Translations under genes and position numbers: made by a program
In this document: positions 1-9,926 of the stretch, in pieces
Layout: the number at the start of each line of letters is the position of its first letter
Position numbering within the stretch: the first letter of the stretch is position 1
The notes under the pieces: model-generated
Database searches by the model: none
What the model saw: only the letters and a program-made list of their open reading frames with translations
What the model was told of the DNA's origin: nothing
Assembly (NCBI GenBank): GCA_963737155.1
Contig: CAVTRN010000002.1
Location: 1,248,001-1,312,000, forward strand
DNA length: 64,000 nucleotides
Source: Nitrospirota bacterium
GTDB taxonomy: Bacteria; Nitrospirota; UBA9217
Direction: 5' to 3'

Positions 1-1
1 G

Positions 2-784
2 GTGCGCACCTTTGTTCAGCCTGGAGACGAGGTCGTTTCGGCTGACCCGTCCTTCGTGGTCTATAAAATAATCACCCAAGCCGCTGGCGGGACGAATGTA
101 ATCGTACCGTGCAAGGATATGCGCCATGATCTCGATGCCATGGCGGAGTGCATCACGGTCAGGACGAAAATCGTGTTTATTGCCAACCCGAACAATCCGA
201 CAGGCACCATGAACACTAAAGCCGAGATGAGCCGGTTTCTGGAACGTGTGCCCGCCCATGTGATCGTGGCTGTCGATGAGGCATACTTCGAGTATGTGAC
301 CCATGCCGATTACCCTGATTCACTGGATTACCTGAAGGACGGTAAGAACATCCTGGCACTGAGGACTTTCTCCAAAATTTACGGGCTCGCGGGGTTGCGC
401 ATCGGCTATGGCATCACAACTGCGGAGATTGGGGAACTGCTGAACAAAGTGAGACAACCCTTTAACACCAATTCGCTGGCACAGGTGGCCGCGCTCGCAG
501 CACTTGCGGACCGGAAGCACGTTGAGAAATCGATCGCCATTAACAATGAAGGGAAGCAATATCTATATCAATCTTTCGGACAGCTCGGCCTCTCCTTTAT
601 CCCTACAGAGACGAATTTTATTCTCTTTGAAACAGCGCTGGATGCAAAGGATGTTTATACGGCCCTTCTGAAACAGGGCGTGATCATCCGGCAGATGGGC
701 GGGAAAAGGCTCAGGGTTACTATAGGGCTTCCGGAAGAGAATAAACGGTTTGTAGCGGAGTTGGAGAAGGTTGTAAAAGCATAG
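2..784 (+). CDS. hisC: Histidinol-phosphate aminotransferase (5' truncated by the window edge)
   Basis: Class II PLP aminotransferase motifs IANPNNPTG, VDEAY and RTFSKIYGLAGLRIGY; precedes aro genes. Confidence 0.93.
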   Translation: MRTFVQPGDEVVSADPSFVVYKIITQAAGGTNVIVPCKDMRHDLDAMAECITVRTKIVFIANPNNPTGTMNTKAEMSRFLERVPAHVIVAVDEAYFEYVTHADYPDSLDYLKDGKNILALRTFSKIYGLAGLRIGYGITTAEIGELLNKVRQPFNTNSLAQVAALAALADRKHVEKSIAINNEGKQYLYQSFGQLGLSFIPTETNFILFETALDAKDVYTALLKQGVIIRQMGGKRLRVTIGLPEENKRFVAELEKVVKA

Positions 785-850
785 CAGAGGATAAAGCGCT
801 TACACGATGTGCCTGGTGCATTGCACGAGGCAGTTCAAGAAAGGATTATC

Positions 851-1864
851 GTGATCTTCGTTGTGAAACCGGACGCGACCGAGGAGCAGATAGACCACAT
901 CATAAAAAAGATCAAAGACCGTGGTTTGCAAGCTCATGTGTCGAAAGGGACGGAGCGGACCATCATTGGCGCTATCGGCGACGAGTCGATTCTCCAGAGT
1001 ATGCCGCTTGAGGCAATACCGGGCGTGGAGAAAGTGCTACCCATACTGAAGCCCTTCAAGCTGGCGAGTTTAGAATTTAGGAGGGAAAAAACGGTTGTCA
1101 GGGTGGGCGGCCATGAGATTGGGGGCAAGCGGATTGCGGTCATGGCCGGTCCCTGCGCTGTGGAGAGCAAGGCGCTGCTGATCGAGATTGCGAAGGAAGT
1201 CAAAAACGCCGGCGCAAATTTTCTCCGAGGTGGCGCGTTCAAACCCCGGACCTCGCCCTACGCTTTTCAGGGTCTTGAAGAGGAGGGTCTCCAGTATCTT
1301 GCCGAAGCCCGGGATTGCTCCGGGTTGCCGGTCGTGACGGAAGTCATGGACCCTCGGGATATCGAACTGATCGCCAAATATGCCGACGTGCTCCAGATTG
1401 GGGCTCGAAACATGCAGAATTTCCGGCTGCTCAAGGAAGTGGGGTTGTACAAGAAGCCAGTCCTCCTGAAACGCGGGATATCCGCGACGATCAAGGAATG
1501 GCTCATGTCCGCTGAATATATCATGTCCGGAGGTAATCACGACGTCATCCTCTGTGAGCGCGGCATCCGCACCTACGAAACAGCAACGCGAAACACACTT
1601 GACCTTTCGGCCGTGCCGGTACTCAAACAAATGACGCACCTTCCCGTCATCGTGGATCCGAGCCATGCCGTCGGCAAGTGGGACCTTGTGGCCCCTATGG
1701 CAAAAGCTGCAGTCGCCGCCGGCGCCGATGGGCTCATCATCGAGGTGCATTCAAACCCGGAAGAGGCGCTTTGCGATGGCGAACAATCGCTGAAGCCGAA
1801 AAGTTTCAAGCAGCTCATGAATGAATTGAAGCCGATTGCTGCTGCGCTGGGAAGGGAAATCTAG
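851..1864 (+). CDS. aroF: 3-deoxy-7-phosphoheptulonate (DAHP) synthase, class I-beta, with N-terminal regulatory domain
   Basis: Motifs [36 protein letters not shown]; GTG at 851 after AAGGA chosen over 809. Confidence 0.93.
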   Translation: MIFVVKPDATEEQIDHIIKKIKDRGLQAHVSKGTERTIIGAIGDESILQSMPLEAIPGVEKVLPILKPFKLASLEFRREKTVVRVGGHEIGGKRIAVMAGPCAVESKALLIEIAKEVKNAGANFLRGGAFKPRTSPYAFQGLEEEGLQYLAEARDCSGLPVVTEVMDPRDIELIAKYADVLQIGARNMQNFRLLKEVGLYKKPVLLKRGISATIKEWLMSAEYIMSGGNHDVILCERGIRTYETATRNTLDLSAVPVLKQMTHLPVIVDPSHAVGKWDLVAPMAKAAVAAGADGLIIEVHSNPEEALCDGEQSLKPKSFKQLMNELKPIAAALGREI

Positions 1865-1959
1865 AATTCGGAAGATGGCAGGCAGAAGGCAAGTTTGTTG
1901 CCTGCTTGCTCGCGGTTTTATCTTGGTCTTTATCCGTATGAGGAAAAGATTCGTACATT

Positions 1960-2820
1960 ATGATTTATTTTAATAATGTCACCATTATCGGTGTTGGTCT
2001 TATTGGGGGGTCGCTGGCTAGGGTCTTAAGGTCCAAGAATATTGCCGGCTGCATTACCGGTGCAGGCAGGAGCAAAAGCACGCTTGAACAGGCGCTCAAG
2101 CTCGGTGTGATCGACTCTATATGCCAGGGTTCGACGGCTGCTGTCAAGGATGCTGATCTTGTGGTTCTCGCTTCACCGGTCGGAACGTTCGAGAAGATTG
2201 TGCAGGAGATCGGACCCTATCTGAAGGCAGGCGCCATACTGACCGATGTCGGGAGCGTCAAAGGTGCTTTGATCAAAAGCATGGAAACCGCCATGCCTTG
2301 CGGTTCTCATTATGTCCCTGCCCATCCCATAGCAGGCAGGGAACGGTCCGGGGTCGCGGAATCCACAGAAACGCTTTTCCAAGGTCGCCGGTGTGTGCTG
2401 ACCCCCACGGCCCGAACCGACGGGAAAGCGCTCAGTGCCGTGTGTGAGATGTGGAAAGCCGCAGGAGCGGACATAACCGTTATGGATGCGGACCTGCATG
2501 ACCTGATATTTGCGGCCGTGAGCCATCTTCCCCATATTGCCGCTTTTGCCATGATGTCCACTGTTGCGGAATTGAATACGGGCACAGAAGATTACCTGCA
2601 ATTCTCCGGAGCCGGATTCAAAGATTTTACGCGTATCGCCGCTAGTTCACCGGAAATGTGGAAGGACATTTGTCTCTTGAATAGAGATAACCTTGTCCAG
2701 ATGCTCGACCGTTACTTGTTTTCCTTGAACCGGTTCAAATATGAGATTATGTCCAGAGATGCGAAACGGCTGGAAATAGACCTTACCAGGTCGAGCAACG
2801 TGAGGAGAGGGATGGAGTAA
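1960..2820 (+). CDS. tyrA: Prephenate/arogenate dehydrogenase
   Basis: Rossmann GVGLIGGS, TDVGSVK, HPIAGRE, SHLPH, DFTRIA. Confidence 0.92.
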   Translation: MIYFNNVTIIGVGLIGGSLARVLRSKNIAGCITGAGRSKSTLEQALKLGVIDSICQGSTAAVKDADLVVLASPVGTFEKIVQEIGPYLKAGAILTDVGSVKGALIKSMETAMPCGSHYVPAHPIAGRERSGVAESTETLFQGRRCVLTPTARTDGKALSAVCEMWKAAGADITVMDADLHDLIFAAVSHLPHIAAFAMMSTVAELNTGTEDYLQFSGAGFKDFTRIAASSPEMWKDICLLNRDNLVQMLDRYLFSLNRFKYEIMSRDAKRLEIDLTRSSNVRRGME

Positions 2821-4115
2821 TGGTGGATCTGGTGCTGAAGCCCTCCCGCGGTCTCCGGGGTGAAATCGTTCTGCCTGGCGATAAATCCCTCTCGCATCGG
2901 TCAGTGATTTTATCATCTATCGCTGAAGGAGATACAGTCATTAACGGTTTCCTTACCGGCGAAGATACGATCAACACGGCTAGGGCCATGCAAGCCATGG
3001 GTATCACGATTGAAGGGATGGGCACAAGCCGCCTTGTCGTCCATGGGAAAGGCCTAGACGGCCTTTCGGAGCCGTCCGGGGTTATTGATCTAGGCAACTC
3101 CGGAACGGGCATGCGGCTACTGGCAGGCCTTCTTTCAGGCCAGAGTTTTTTTTCCGTTCTGACCGGCGATCAATATCTGCGGAAGCGTCCCATGGCAAGG
3201 ATCGTCGAACCGCTGCGCCGCATGGGCGCCGCTATCGACGGCCGTTCCGGAGGGCAGAGCGCGCCGCTTGCGATCCGCGGAGGCGGCCGGAAGACACAGT
3301 CCATTGAGTTTATCGCTCCTGTTGCGAGCGCGCAGGTGAAGTCGGCGGTGCTGCTTGCCGGCCTGTACGCAGGTGGGGAGACGTCAGTGAACGAACCGTC
3401 AAAATCCCGTGACCACACCGAGCGTATGCTGCGTTTTTTCGGTGCGGGATTGAAGGAAGAGGGAACGATCGTTACGCTTCGTGGGCGCCAGACACTAAGT
3501 CCGCATGGTCCGATCGATATACCGTCCGATATTTCATCGGCCGCGTTTTTCCTTGTTGCAGCGTGCATTGTGCCTGGATCGGACCTTACGATTAAGAACG
3601 TGGGAGTGAATCCAACGCGCATCGGCATCATCGAAATCCTGGCAGCAATGGGGGCCGATATCTCTCTCGAGAATCCGCGCGAGCAGGCTGGCGAACCGGT
3701 GGCGGACCTCAGAGTGCACTACCGGAAGCTGCGGGCAGTTGAGATCGCGGGGACCCTTATCCCGCGAGCCATAGACGAAATTCCCGTTTTGGCCGTCGCC
3801 GCATCTTACGCCGAAGGCACAAGCATCGTCAAGGATGCCTCCGAACTTCGAGTGAAGGAATCGGACCGCATTGCGACTATGGTTGCCGAACTGAAAAAAA
3901 TGGGGGCGCAGGTGGTCGAGCGTCCCGATGGGATGGAAATTACGGGCAGGGAAACGCTTGATGGCGCAATTTGCGAAAGCCATGGGGACCATCGCATTGC
4001 CATGTCCATGGCAGTGGCCGGGCTTGCCGCGCAGGGTGAAACGGTTGTTCGCGATGCCGAATGGATCGAGACATCCTTTCCCGGCTTTGAGCGATTATTG
4101 CGGCAGGTAATGTAG
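2820..4115 (+). CDS. aroA: 3-phosphoshikimate 1-carboxyvinyltransferase (EPSP synthase)
   Basis: PGDKSLSHR, GNSGTGMR, SAQVKS, RVKESDR, DHRIAM; TAATG overlap with tyrA. Confidence 0.96.
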   Translation: MVDLVLKPSRGLRGEIVLPGDKSLSHRSVILSSIAEGDTVINGFLTGEDTINTARAMQAMGITIEGMGTSRLVVHGKGLDGLSEPSGVIDLGNSGTGMRLLAGLLSGQSFFSVLTGDQYLRKRPMARIVEPLRRMGAAIDGRSGGQSAPLAIRGGGRKTQSIEFIAPVASAQVKSAVLLAGLYAGGETSVNEPSKSRDHTERMLRFFGAGLKEEGTIVTLRGRQTLSPHGPIDIPSDISSAAFFLVAACIVPGSDLTIKNVGVNPTRIGIIEILAAMGADISLENPREQAGEPVADLRVHYRKLRAVEIAGTLIPRAIDEIPVLAVAASYAEGTSIVKDASELRVKESDRIATMVAELKKMGAQVVERPDGMEITGRETLDGAICESHGDHRIAMSMAVAGLAAQGETVVRDAEWIETSFPGFERLLRQVM

Positions 4116-4148
4116 GGATAAGCCAGGTATGAAGAGAAATCAACGCTC

Positions 4149-4841
4149 ATGAGCAACGAACAGGATATGAAGAAAAAAGGACCGGTAATAGCGATAGATG
4201 GGCCTTCGGGGGCCGGTAAAAGCACGACGGCGCGACTTCTTGCCGAACGTCTTGGCTATGTATATATTGATACCGGCGCGATGTATCGTGCAGTTGGCTG
4301 GAAAGCGAAGCGGGAAGACATTGAACCGGCCGATGAAGAGAAGATGGCTGACTTGTGTCGGCGTACCGAGGTTACGATAAAGCAGATTGGCAAGAACCCG
4401 GTATTTTTCGTGGATGGACATGATGTAACTGGCGAAATCAGAACTCCCGAAATGGGGATGATGGCTTCAGCGGTGTCGAAATCGCCTTCAGTCCGTGCCC
4501 GTCTTCTCAAGCTCCAGCGCGATTTGGGTAGAGACGGCGAGGTGGTAATGGATGGCAGAGACATCGGCACCATCGTGTTTCCCGATGCGGATGCTAAATT
4601 TTTTCTGGATGCGAGCTTAGAGGAGCGTGGACGCCGCCGGTATCTCGAGCTTAAGGCAAAAGGCCTGGATGTGGATCTCGCGCAAGTCATCCAGGAGATC
4701 CGAGACCGCGACAGCCAGGACAGCAGACGCTTGATCGCTCCGCTGCGGCGGGCGGATGATGCCGTGCTGATAGATTCGACGGCGATGGATGTTAATGCCG
4801 TTCTGGATAAGATACTGTCTGAAATAGCGAAAGTGAAGTGA
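4149..4841 (+). CDS. cmk: Cytidylate kinase
   Basis: IAIDGPSGAGKST, DTGAMYRA, DGRDIGT. Confidence 0.96.
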   Translation: MSNEQDMKKKGPVIAIDGPSGAGKSTTARLLAERLGYVYIDTGAMYRAVGWKAKREDIEPADEEKMADLCRRTEVTIKQIGKNPVFFVDGHDVTGEIRTPEMGMMASAVSKSPSVRARLLKLQRDLGRDGEVVMDGRDIGTIVFPDADAKFFLDASLEERGRRRYLELKAKGLDVDLAQVIQEIRDRDSQDSRRLIAPLRRADDAVLIDSTAMDVNAVLDKILSEIAKVK

Positions 4842-4847
4842 CCAGGC

Positions 4848-5681
4848 ATGAAAGTGTATTTAGCTGATAAGGCGGGATTCTGCTTCGGTGTGAAGCGGGC
4901 CATCAATACGGCGTTCGAGGCTGCAGGCAAGGGTCGGGTGTATTGCTTCGGCCCGCTTATCCACAACCCCCAGGAAGTGGAGCGTCTACGGCAGGTAGGC
5001 ATCAAGACGGTCGACGATTTTTCCGATTTGCATGCAGGCGATTATCTCATCATAAGATCTCATGGCGTTCCTCCCCACGTGCTTAGTCGGGCTCGCGATA
5101 AAGGTCTGACAATCATAGATCTTACGTGCCCTTTCGTCGGCAAGGCACAGCGCCATGCTGAAGTCCTGAGTGCTGATGGATATCAGGTGGTCGTTGTTGG
5201 TGAAAAAAAGCACCCAGAAGTACAAAGTATAATTGGATATGCAGGGCCAAACGCGGTCGTTGTGGAAAAGGCTGAAGACGTCGATGCTTTGAAGCTTCAG
5301 CCCCGATTGGGGATGGTAGCACAAACTACTCAATCATATAGTAATTTTTCGGAAATTGTGCTAAAATTATTGCGTCTTTCTAAAGAATTAAAGGTTTTCA
5401 ATACAATTTGCAACTCAACCAAGGAGCGGCAGGAAGCAGCCCGGGTACTGGCCAGCCAAGTGGACGTCATGCTGGTTGTCGGTGGACGTAACAGTGCGAA
5501 TACAAGCCGGCTGGCCTCATTGTGTAGTAAAGAAGGAAAGCCGACCCATCATATTGAACAGGCTGAAGAAATCCAGCCTGAGTGGTTGAATGGCGTTAAA
5601 TCGGTAGGTGTTACCGCGGGAGCTTCCACACCCGATTGGATAGTGAATGGTGTTCTTGAAACATTGAAAAAGCTGGGATAG
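4848..5681 (+). CDS. ispH: 4-hydroxy-3-methylbut-2-enyl diphosphate reductase
   Basis: GFCFGVKRA, IRSHG, TCPFV, TICNST, SANT, TAGASTP. Confidence 0.96.
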   Translation: MKVYLADKAGFCFGVKRAINTAFEAAGKGRVYCFGPLIHNPQEVERLRQVGIKTVDDFSDLHAGDYLIIRSHGVPPHVLSRARDKGLTIIDLTCPFVGKAQRHAEVLSADGYQVVVVGEKKHPEVQSIIGYAGPNAVVVEKAEDVDALKLQPRLGMVAQTTQSYSNFSEIVLKLLRLSKELKVFNTICNSTKERQEAARVLASQVDVMLVVGGRNSANTSRLASLCSKEGKPTHHIEQAEEIQPEWLNGVKSVGVTAGASTPDWIVNGVLETLKKLG

Positions 5682-5886
5682 GTGCAGGCAGTCTAAGTAG
5701 ATTTTGGTTCTTGAATTATTATTTTGAAACTGGCAGCTCGGCGCAAAGCACGCCTGGTTTGTTGTATTGAATCCGATTTGAAGATCGGTAAGTGTCTGTT
5801 GATGACAGGGATGTAAGCGTTTGGTGTATTAGTGTTGGAGGATAGGGCCTCCAGCGAAGTTTACTTTCAGGAGGTAGGAACGTTTC

Positions 5887-7581
5887 ATGGGTGATAAACA
5901 AGAAGATATCGAGAACGAAGAGAGCAGTACCGCAGGAGGACAGGAAACGGAGTTTGAAAAACTTTACAGCCAGTCTTTAAAGCGTTTTAAGTCCGGTACC
6001 TTGGTGCGGGGGAGGGTATTGCAGATTCGATCCGGCGTCGTTATGCTGGATCTCGGATACAAATCGGATGGTATTATCCCGGTTGAGCAGTTCACGGAAG
6101 AGGAGTTGAAGGTGCTCAAACCCGGCAATGAACTTGAGGTCCTGATTGAACAAGCCGAGGATACGAACGGAAATATCATGCTCTCCCGTGATAAGGCGAA
6201 AAAGCTGCAGGTTTGGGATGATTTGAACCGCGCCTACGAAACCGGCATCCCGATAAAGGGGAAAGTGCTTGCTTCCATCAAGGGCGGGTTGTCAGTGGAC
6301 ATCGGTGGTGTGGTCGCGTTCTTGCCAGGATCGCAGGTTGATATCAAGCCTGTTCATAACCTCGTGCATCTGGTCGGCCAGTCGTTGGACATGAAAATTA
6401 TCAAGATGAACTCTGGTCGCGGCAATATCGTCCTTTCCCGCAGGGCCATCCTGGAGAAACAGTTAAACCAGAGGAAGGAAGAAACGCTTGCCACTCTCGC
6501 CGAGGGGCAAATCGTGAGCGGGATTGTTAAAAATATTACAGATTACGGTGCATTTATAGATCTTGGTGGCATCGACGGCCTCATGCACATTACCGATATT
6601 TCCTGGGGGAGGATCAACCATCCCTCAGATGCATTCAAAGTTGGCGATAAAATCGATGTCGTGGTGCTTAAATATGACCGGGAAAAGCAGAAAGTGTCTC
6701 TCGGGTTGAAACAGAAGGCGCAGGACCCTTGGCTTTCGGCTGCTGAAAGATATCCTGCTGGCAGTAAAGTGCGCGGCAAGGTGGTGAGCTTGACCGATTA
6801 TGGAGCTTTTGTCGAACTCGACCACGGTGTTGAAGGTCTGGTTCACGTATCCGAAATGTCTTGGACCCAGAAGATTAAACATCCTTCCAAAATTGTTGCT
6901 GTCGGCGATATGATCGATGTTCAGGTGTTGTCCGTAGATCCCTCGGGCAAGCGTATCTCCCTCGGCATGAAACAGATATCGCCAAACCCCTGGCAGACCA
7001 TAGGCGAGCGGTATCCCGTCGGGACCGAAATTGAGGGCAAGGTCAAGACTATTACTGATTTCGGAGCTTTCATTGGCATTGAGGAGGGTATCGATGGCCT
7101 TGTCCATATCTCCGATCTGTCCTGGACGAGGCATGTCAAACATCCTTCTGAAGTGCTGAAAAAAGGCCAGAAGACCAAAGCCGTGATTCTCGCGCTCGAC
7201 CCTGCGAAGGAGCGGATATCGCTGGGAATCAAGCAGTTGTCTCCGGATCCTTGGGACAAAGCGATTCCGGAGAGGTATAAGGTCGGTCAGGATGAGAACG
7301 TGAAAGTAACGAAAAAGGCCGATTTCGGGATGTTTGTAGAGTTGGTGCACGGCATCGAAGGACTGATTCCCATGTCAGAAGTTCCGAAGGACTCATCCGA
7401 GATCAAAGAAGGAGATGAAGTAACTGCACGCGTCATTAAGGTGGACAAAGGCGACCGTAAAATAGCGCTGTCCATCAAAGCCCATCTTAAAGGTCAGGAT
7501 CGTTCCACTCTAAGGGAGTACATGAACCAGCAGGAAAAACCCGACACGACCATAGGCGCTTTGCTGAAGGAACGGAGCTGA
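5887..7581 (+). CDS. rpsA: 30S ribosomal protein S1
   Basis: Six S1 repeats (DYGAFIDLGGIDGLMHI-type motifs); AGGAGG RBS. Confidence 0.96.
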   Translation: MGDKQEDIENEESSTAGGQETEFEKLYSQSLKRFKSGTLVRGRVLQIRSGVVMLDLGYKSDGIIPVEQFTEEELKVLKPGNELEVLIEQAEDTNGNIMLSRDKAKKLQVWDDLNRAYETGIPIKGKVLASIKGGLSVDIGGVVAFLPGSQVDIKPVHNLVHLVGQSLDMKIIKMNSGRGNIVLSRRAILEKQLNQRKEETLATLAEGQIVSGIVKNITDYGAFIDLGGIDGLMHITDISWGRINHPSDAFKVGDKIDVVVLKYDREKQKVSLGLKQKAQDPWLSAAERYPAGSKVRGKVVSLTDYGAFVELDHGVEGLVHVSEMSWTQKIKHPSKIVAVGDMIDVQVLSVDPSGKRISLGMKQISPNPWQTIGERYPVGTEIEGKVKTITDFGAFIGIEEGIDGLVHISDLSWTRHVKHPSEVLKKGQKTKAVILALDPAKERISLGIKQLSPDPWDKAIPERYKVGQDENVKVTKKADFGMFVELVHGIEGLIPMSEVPKDSSEIKEGDEVTARVIKVDKGDRKIALSIKAHLKGQDRSTLREYMNQQEKPDTTIGALLKERS

Positions 7582-7587
7582 TTTGTA

Positions 7588-8481
7588 ATGAAACGGAATC
7601 CTATTCTGATAGTATTGGTAACAGCCGTTGTGTTGGGTTTACTGTTTGTCATTGCCGTCTCTCTGGCATCGTTTCTCTCGGTAAGCAGACTGAATGCCGT
7701 GTCTCTGTCTGGAGGAGGAGGCGTAGCGCTTGTTAAAATCGAAGGACTTCTCGTTTCTTCCGAGAATATCGTGAATGAGCTGAAAGACTATACGGAGGAT
7801 GGCTCCATTAAAGCTATTGTTCTCCGGATTGACAGTCCCGGTGGAGGGGTCGTTCCGTCACAAGAAATTTTCAATGCCGTTAAACGCGCGAAAAAAGAAG
7901 GCAAGAAAGTGGTCGTGTCCATGGGCTCTGTGGCAGCATCAGGCGGCTATTATATCGCCGTTGCCGCAGACAAGATCGTGGCCAATCCGGGAACTCTTAC
8001 CGGCAGCATTGGTGTCAAAATGGAATTCGCCAACGTCGAGAAGCTCCTGGACAAAGTCGGCGTAAAAGGCATGGTTATAAAGGCGGGTCAGTATAAGGAT
8101 ATTGGGTCTCCTTTCCGTGAAATGACTGAGCCGGAAAAGAAGCTGCTGCAGGATGTTATCGATGACGTTCACAGCCAGTTTATTGAGGCCGTTTCCGAAG
8201 GCCGGGGGATTCCGAAAGCGGAAGTGACCGCCATTGCTGACGGCCGCATCTTCACCGGACGTCAGGCGCTTTCCTTGAAGCTTGTTGATCAAATAGGAGA
8301 CCTTGAGGACACCATCAACCTCGCGGGTGAGCTTGCCGGGATCAAAGGGAAACCGAATATCGTGGAGAAAAAGAAGAAAATTCCTTTTCTCGATTATCTA
8401 AAGGAAGAATCTGAAGCCTGGATAAGTGAAGTACTCGTCAACGGAGTCAATAGGAGCACCGTATCACTGCAGTATCGGTAA
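7588..8481 (+). CDS. sppA: Signal peptide peptidase SppA (36K type, S49)
   Basis: N-terminal TM; IDSPGG, AASGGYY, TGSIGV, DGRIFTG. Confidence 0.92.
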   Translation: MKRNPILIVLVTAVVLGLLFVIAVSLASFLSVSRLNAVSLSGGGGVALVKIEGLLVSSENIVNELKDYTEDGSIKAIVLRIDSPGGGVVPSQEIFNAVKRAKKEGKKVVVSMGSVAASGGYYIAVAADKIVANPGTLTGSIGVKMEFANVEKLLDKVGVKGMVIKAGQYKDIGSPFREMTEPEKKLLQDVIDDVHSQFIEAVSEGRGIPKAEVTAIADGRIFTGRQALSLKLVDQIGDLEDTINLAGELAGIKGKPNIVEKKKKIPFLDYLKEESEAWISEVLVNGVNRSTVSLQYR

Positions 8482-8632
8482 TGTACTGAAGGCCGGGAAG
8501 TGAAAGCCGGATAACGCGGTGAATCATTCATCAGCTAGTCATCTGTTCAGCGCATGCACTGTTGTTTGGATCCTGTAGTGAGAACTCTGAACATTGAACT
8601 GGCACTCTATCGTTCTTTTAGGAGGGTATTGC

Positions 8633-8917
8633 ATGACGAAGGCGGAGTTGGTGGATAAAATAGCCGAAAAGAAGCCTGGTTTGACAAGGAAGCAAGTTGA
8701 AGTTGTCGTGAATACTGTGCTTGACGGAATTAAAGACGCTCTTTCCAGGGAAGACAAGGTCGAGATTCGGGGATTCGGAAGTTTCCGAATTCGTTTCCGC
8801 CGAGCTAAGGAAGGCAGGAACCCCAAGACCGGCGAGACCGTTCAGGTTCCTCCAAAAAAAGTTCCGTTCTTCAAGGCTGGAAAGGAAATGCGGGAAATGG
8901 TGGATGGAAAAGCATAA
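8633..8917 (+). CDS. ihfB: Integration host factor beta / HU-family DNA-binding protein
   Basis: MTKAELV, EIRGFGSF, GRNPKTG; GGAGG RBS; follows rpsA-sppA. Confidence 0.85.
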   Translation: MTKAELVDKIAEKKPGLTRKQVEVVVNTVLDGIKDALSREDKVEIRGFGSFRIRFRRAKEGRNPKTGETVQVPPKKVPFFKAGKEMREMVDGKA

Positions 8918-8924
8918 CTTTCCG

Positions 8925-9130
8925 CGTCAAGTATTTATTTTGATGATTCCTTTCTGAATCGCGAACTTGATCAATCCGTCCGCGCGAGTATCCTCAGTCT
9001 TTTTTCGAAGTCCGTATGGTGGACGATGACCGTTTTGACGATGATGTTGAGCATATTTATCGTATCCACGTGCTTATACCTCATCTGCTACGATCGTGGT
9101 CTCCCTGTTTTCCCGCGAGCAGACATGCTG
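8925..9130 (-). pseudogene. Decayed NarL/LuxR-family response regulator, C-terminal HTH remnant
   Basis: Minus-strand frames give NMLNIIVKTVIVH and, after a frameshift, GLIKFAIQKGII*, matching the LuxR HTH pattern; several frameshifts and stops. Confidence 0.65.
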
Positions 9131-9499
9131 CGACAACTCCGTTGCTATTGTCGAGTAGAATGATCCTCGTACGATCGCCCTTGATCTCCGCTATTATGTT
9201 TTTCCCCGAGTCTTTCTTGCGTCACGTTTCTGCGTTGCGCGATTCCAATGTATAGCCGAGCATCGGTACCATTTCCTTGGAAAGAAAAATCTAGCCGATA
9301 GAACCATCGGGATATGGAACAGATGTTGACAGGCACGACACCACATATTTTGATGGCGAGCCGCCTGCTGTTGTTAAAAAAGCGTCCCGATCTGGAACAG
9401 CAGAAAGGACAAATGATCATTAGTATACTACTCTCAACAAAGACGATTGAACACGCTAACGGCACTGAAATCCAAAAAATGACTGTTGGCGGTAATGCA

Positions 9500-9600
9500 T
9501 TAGTTGATAACGGTCAAGACATCGTGGAGATTTTATGTTCATGAATTCATGGACTCCTATATTTTACTTGATATCAGCATGGGTACAGGGAAAGGTTTTT
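9500..9600 (+). pseudogene. Possible receiver-domain remnant
   Basis: VDNGQDIVE followed by ILLDISMGTGKGF resembles the REC phospho-acceptor region (LLDISMPxxxG); reading frame broken. Confidence 0.35.
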
Positions 9601-9781
9601 AACCGCATCAGCATTAGGCGAAATCGTCTTTACCCCTTGCATGCTGCCGTATTAAATAGTAGCGATTCCACGATTTTGTGACCATTTTTTGTGTCCACGT
9701 TGTCCTGAACTTTGTCAAGTAGTAAATAACGATGTCTGGATATGTGAGACTGCTGTTGCAGTAGGCAGTTTTGTGTTATCG

Positions 9782-9862
9782 TCCGGGGTAGGGGCCGCGT
9801 GAGCAAATCCTTCTCGTACGGATCTGTGCGGGGATGTCTGGGACCGGATGTTCTGCCGCGAT
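9782..9862 (+). ncRNA. Degenerate group II intron 3' end (domains V-VI)
   Basis: GGGCCGCGTGAGCAAATCCTTCTCGTACGGATCTGTGCGGGG...CGGATGTTCTGCCGCGAT resembles bacterial DV-DVI (GAGCCGTATGCG-GNAA-...CGTACGGATCTGTGCGGGG...CCTACCGCGAC). Confidence 0.6.
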
Positions 9863-9926
9863 CAAGATATAGTCTGTTTGTTACCACAAAAAGACTTCGT
9901 GAATGCTCCCGCAACCAAAGATAAGG

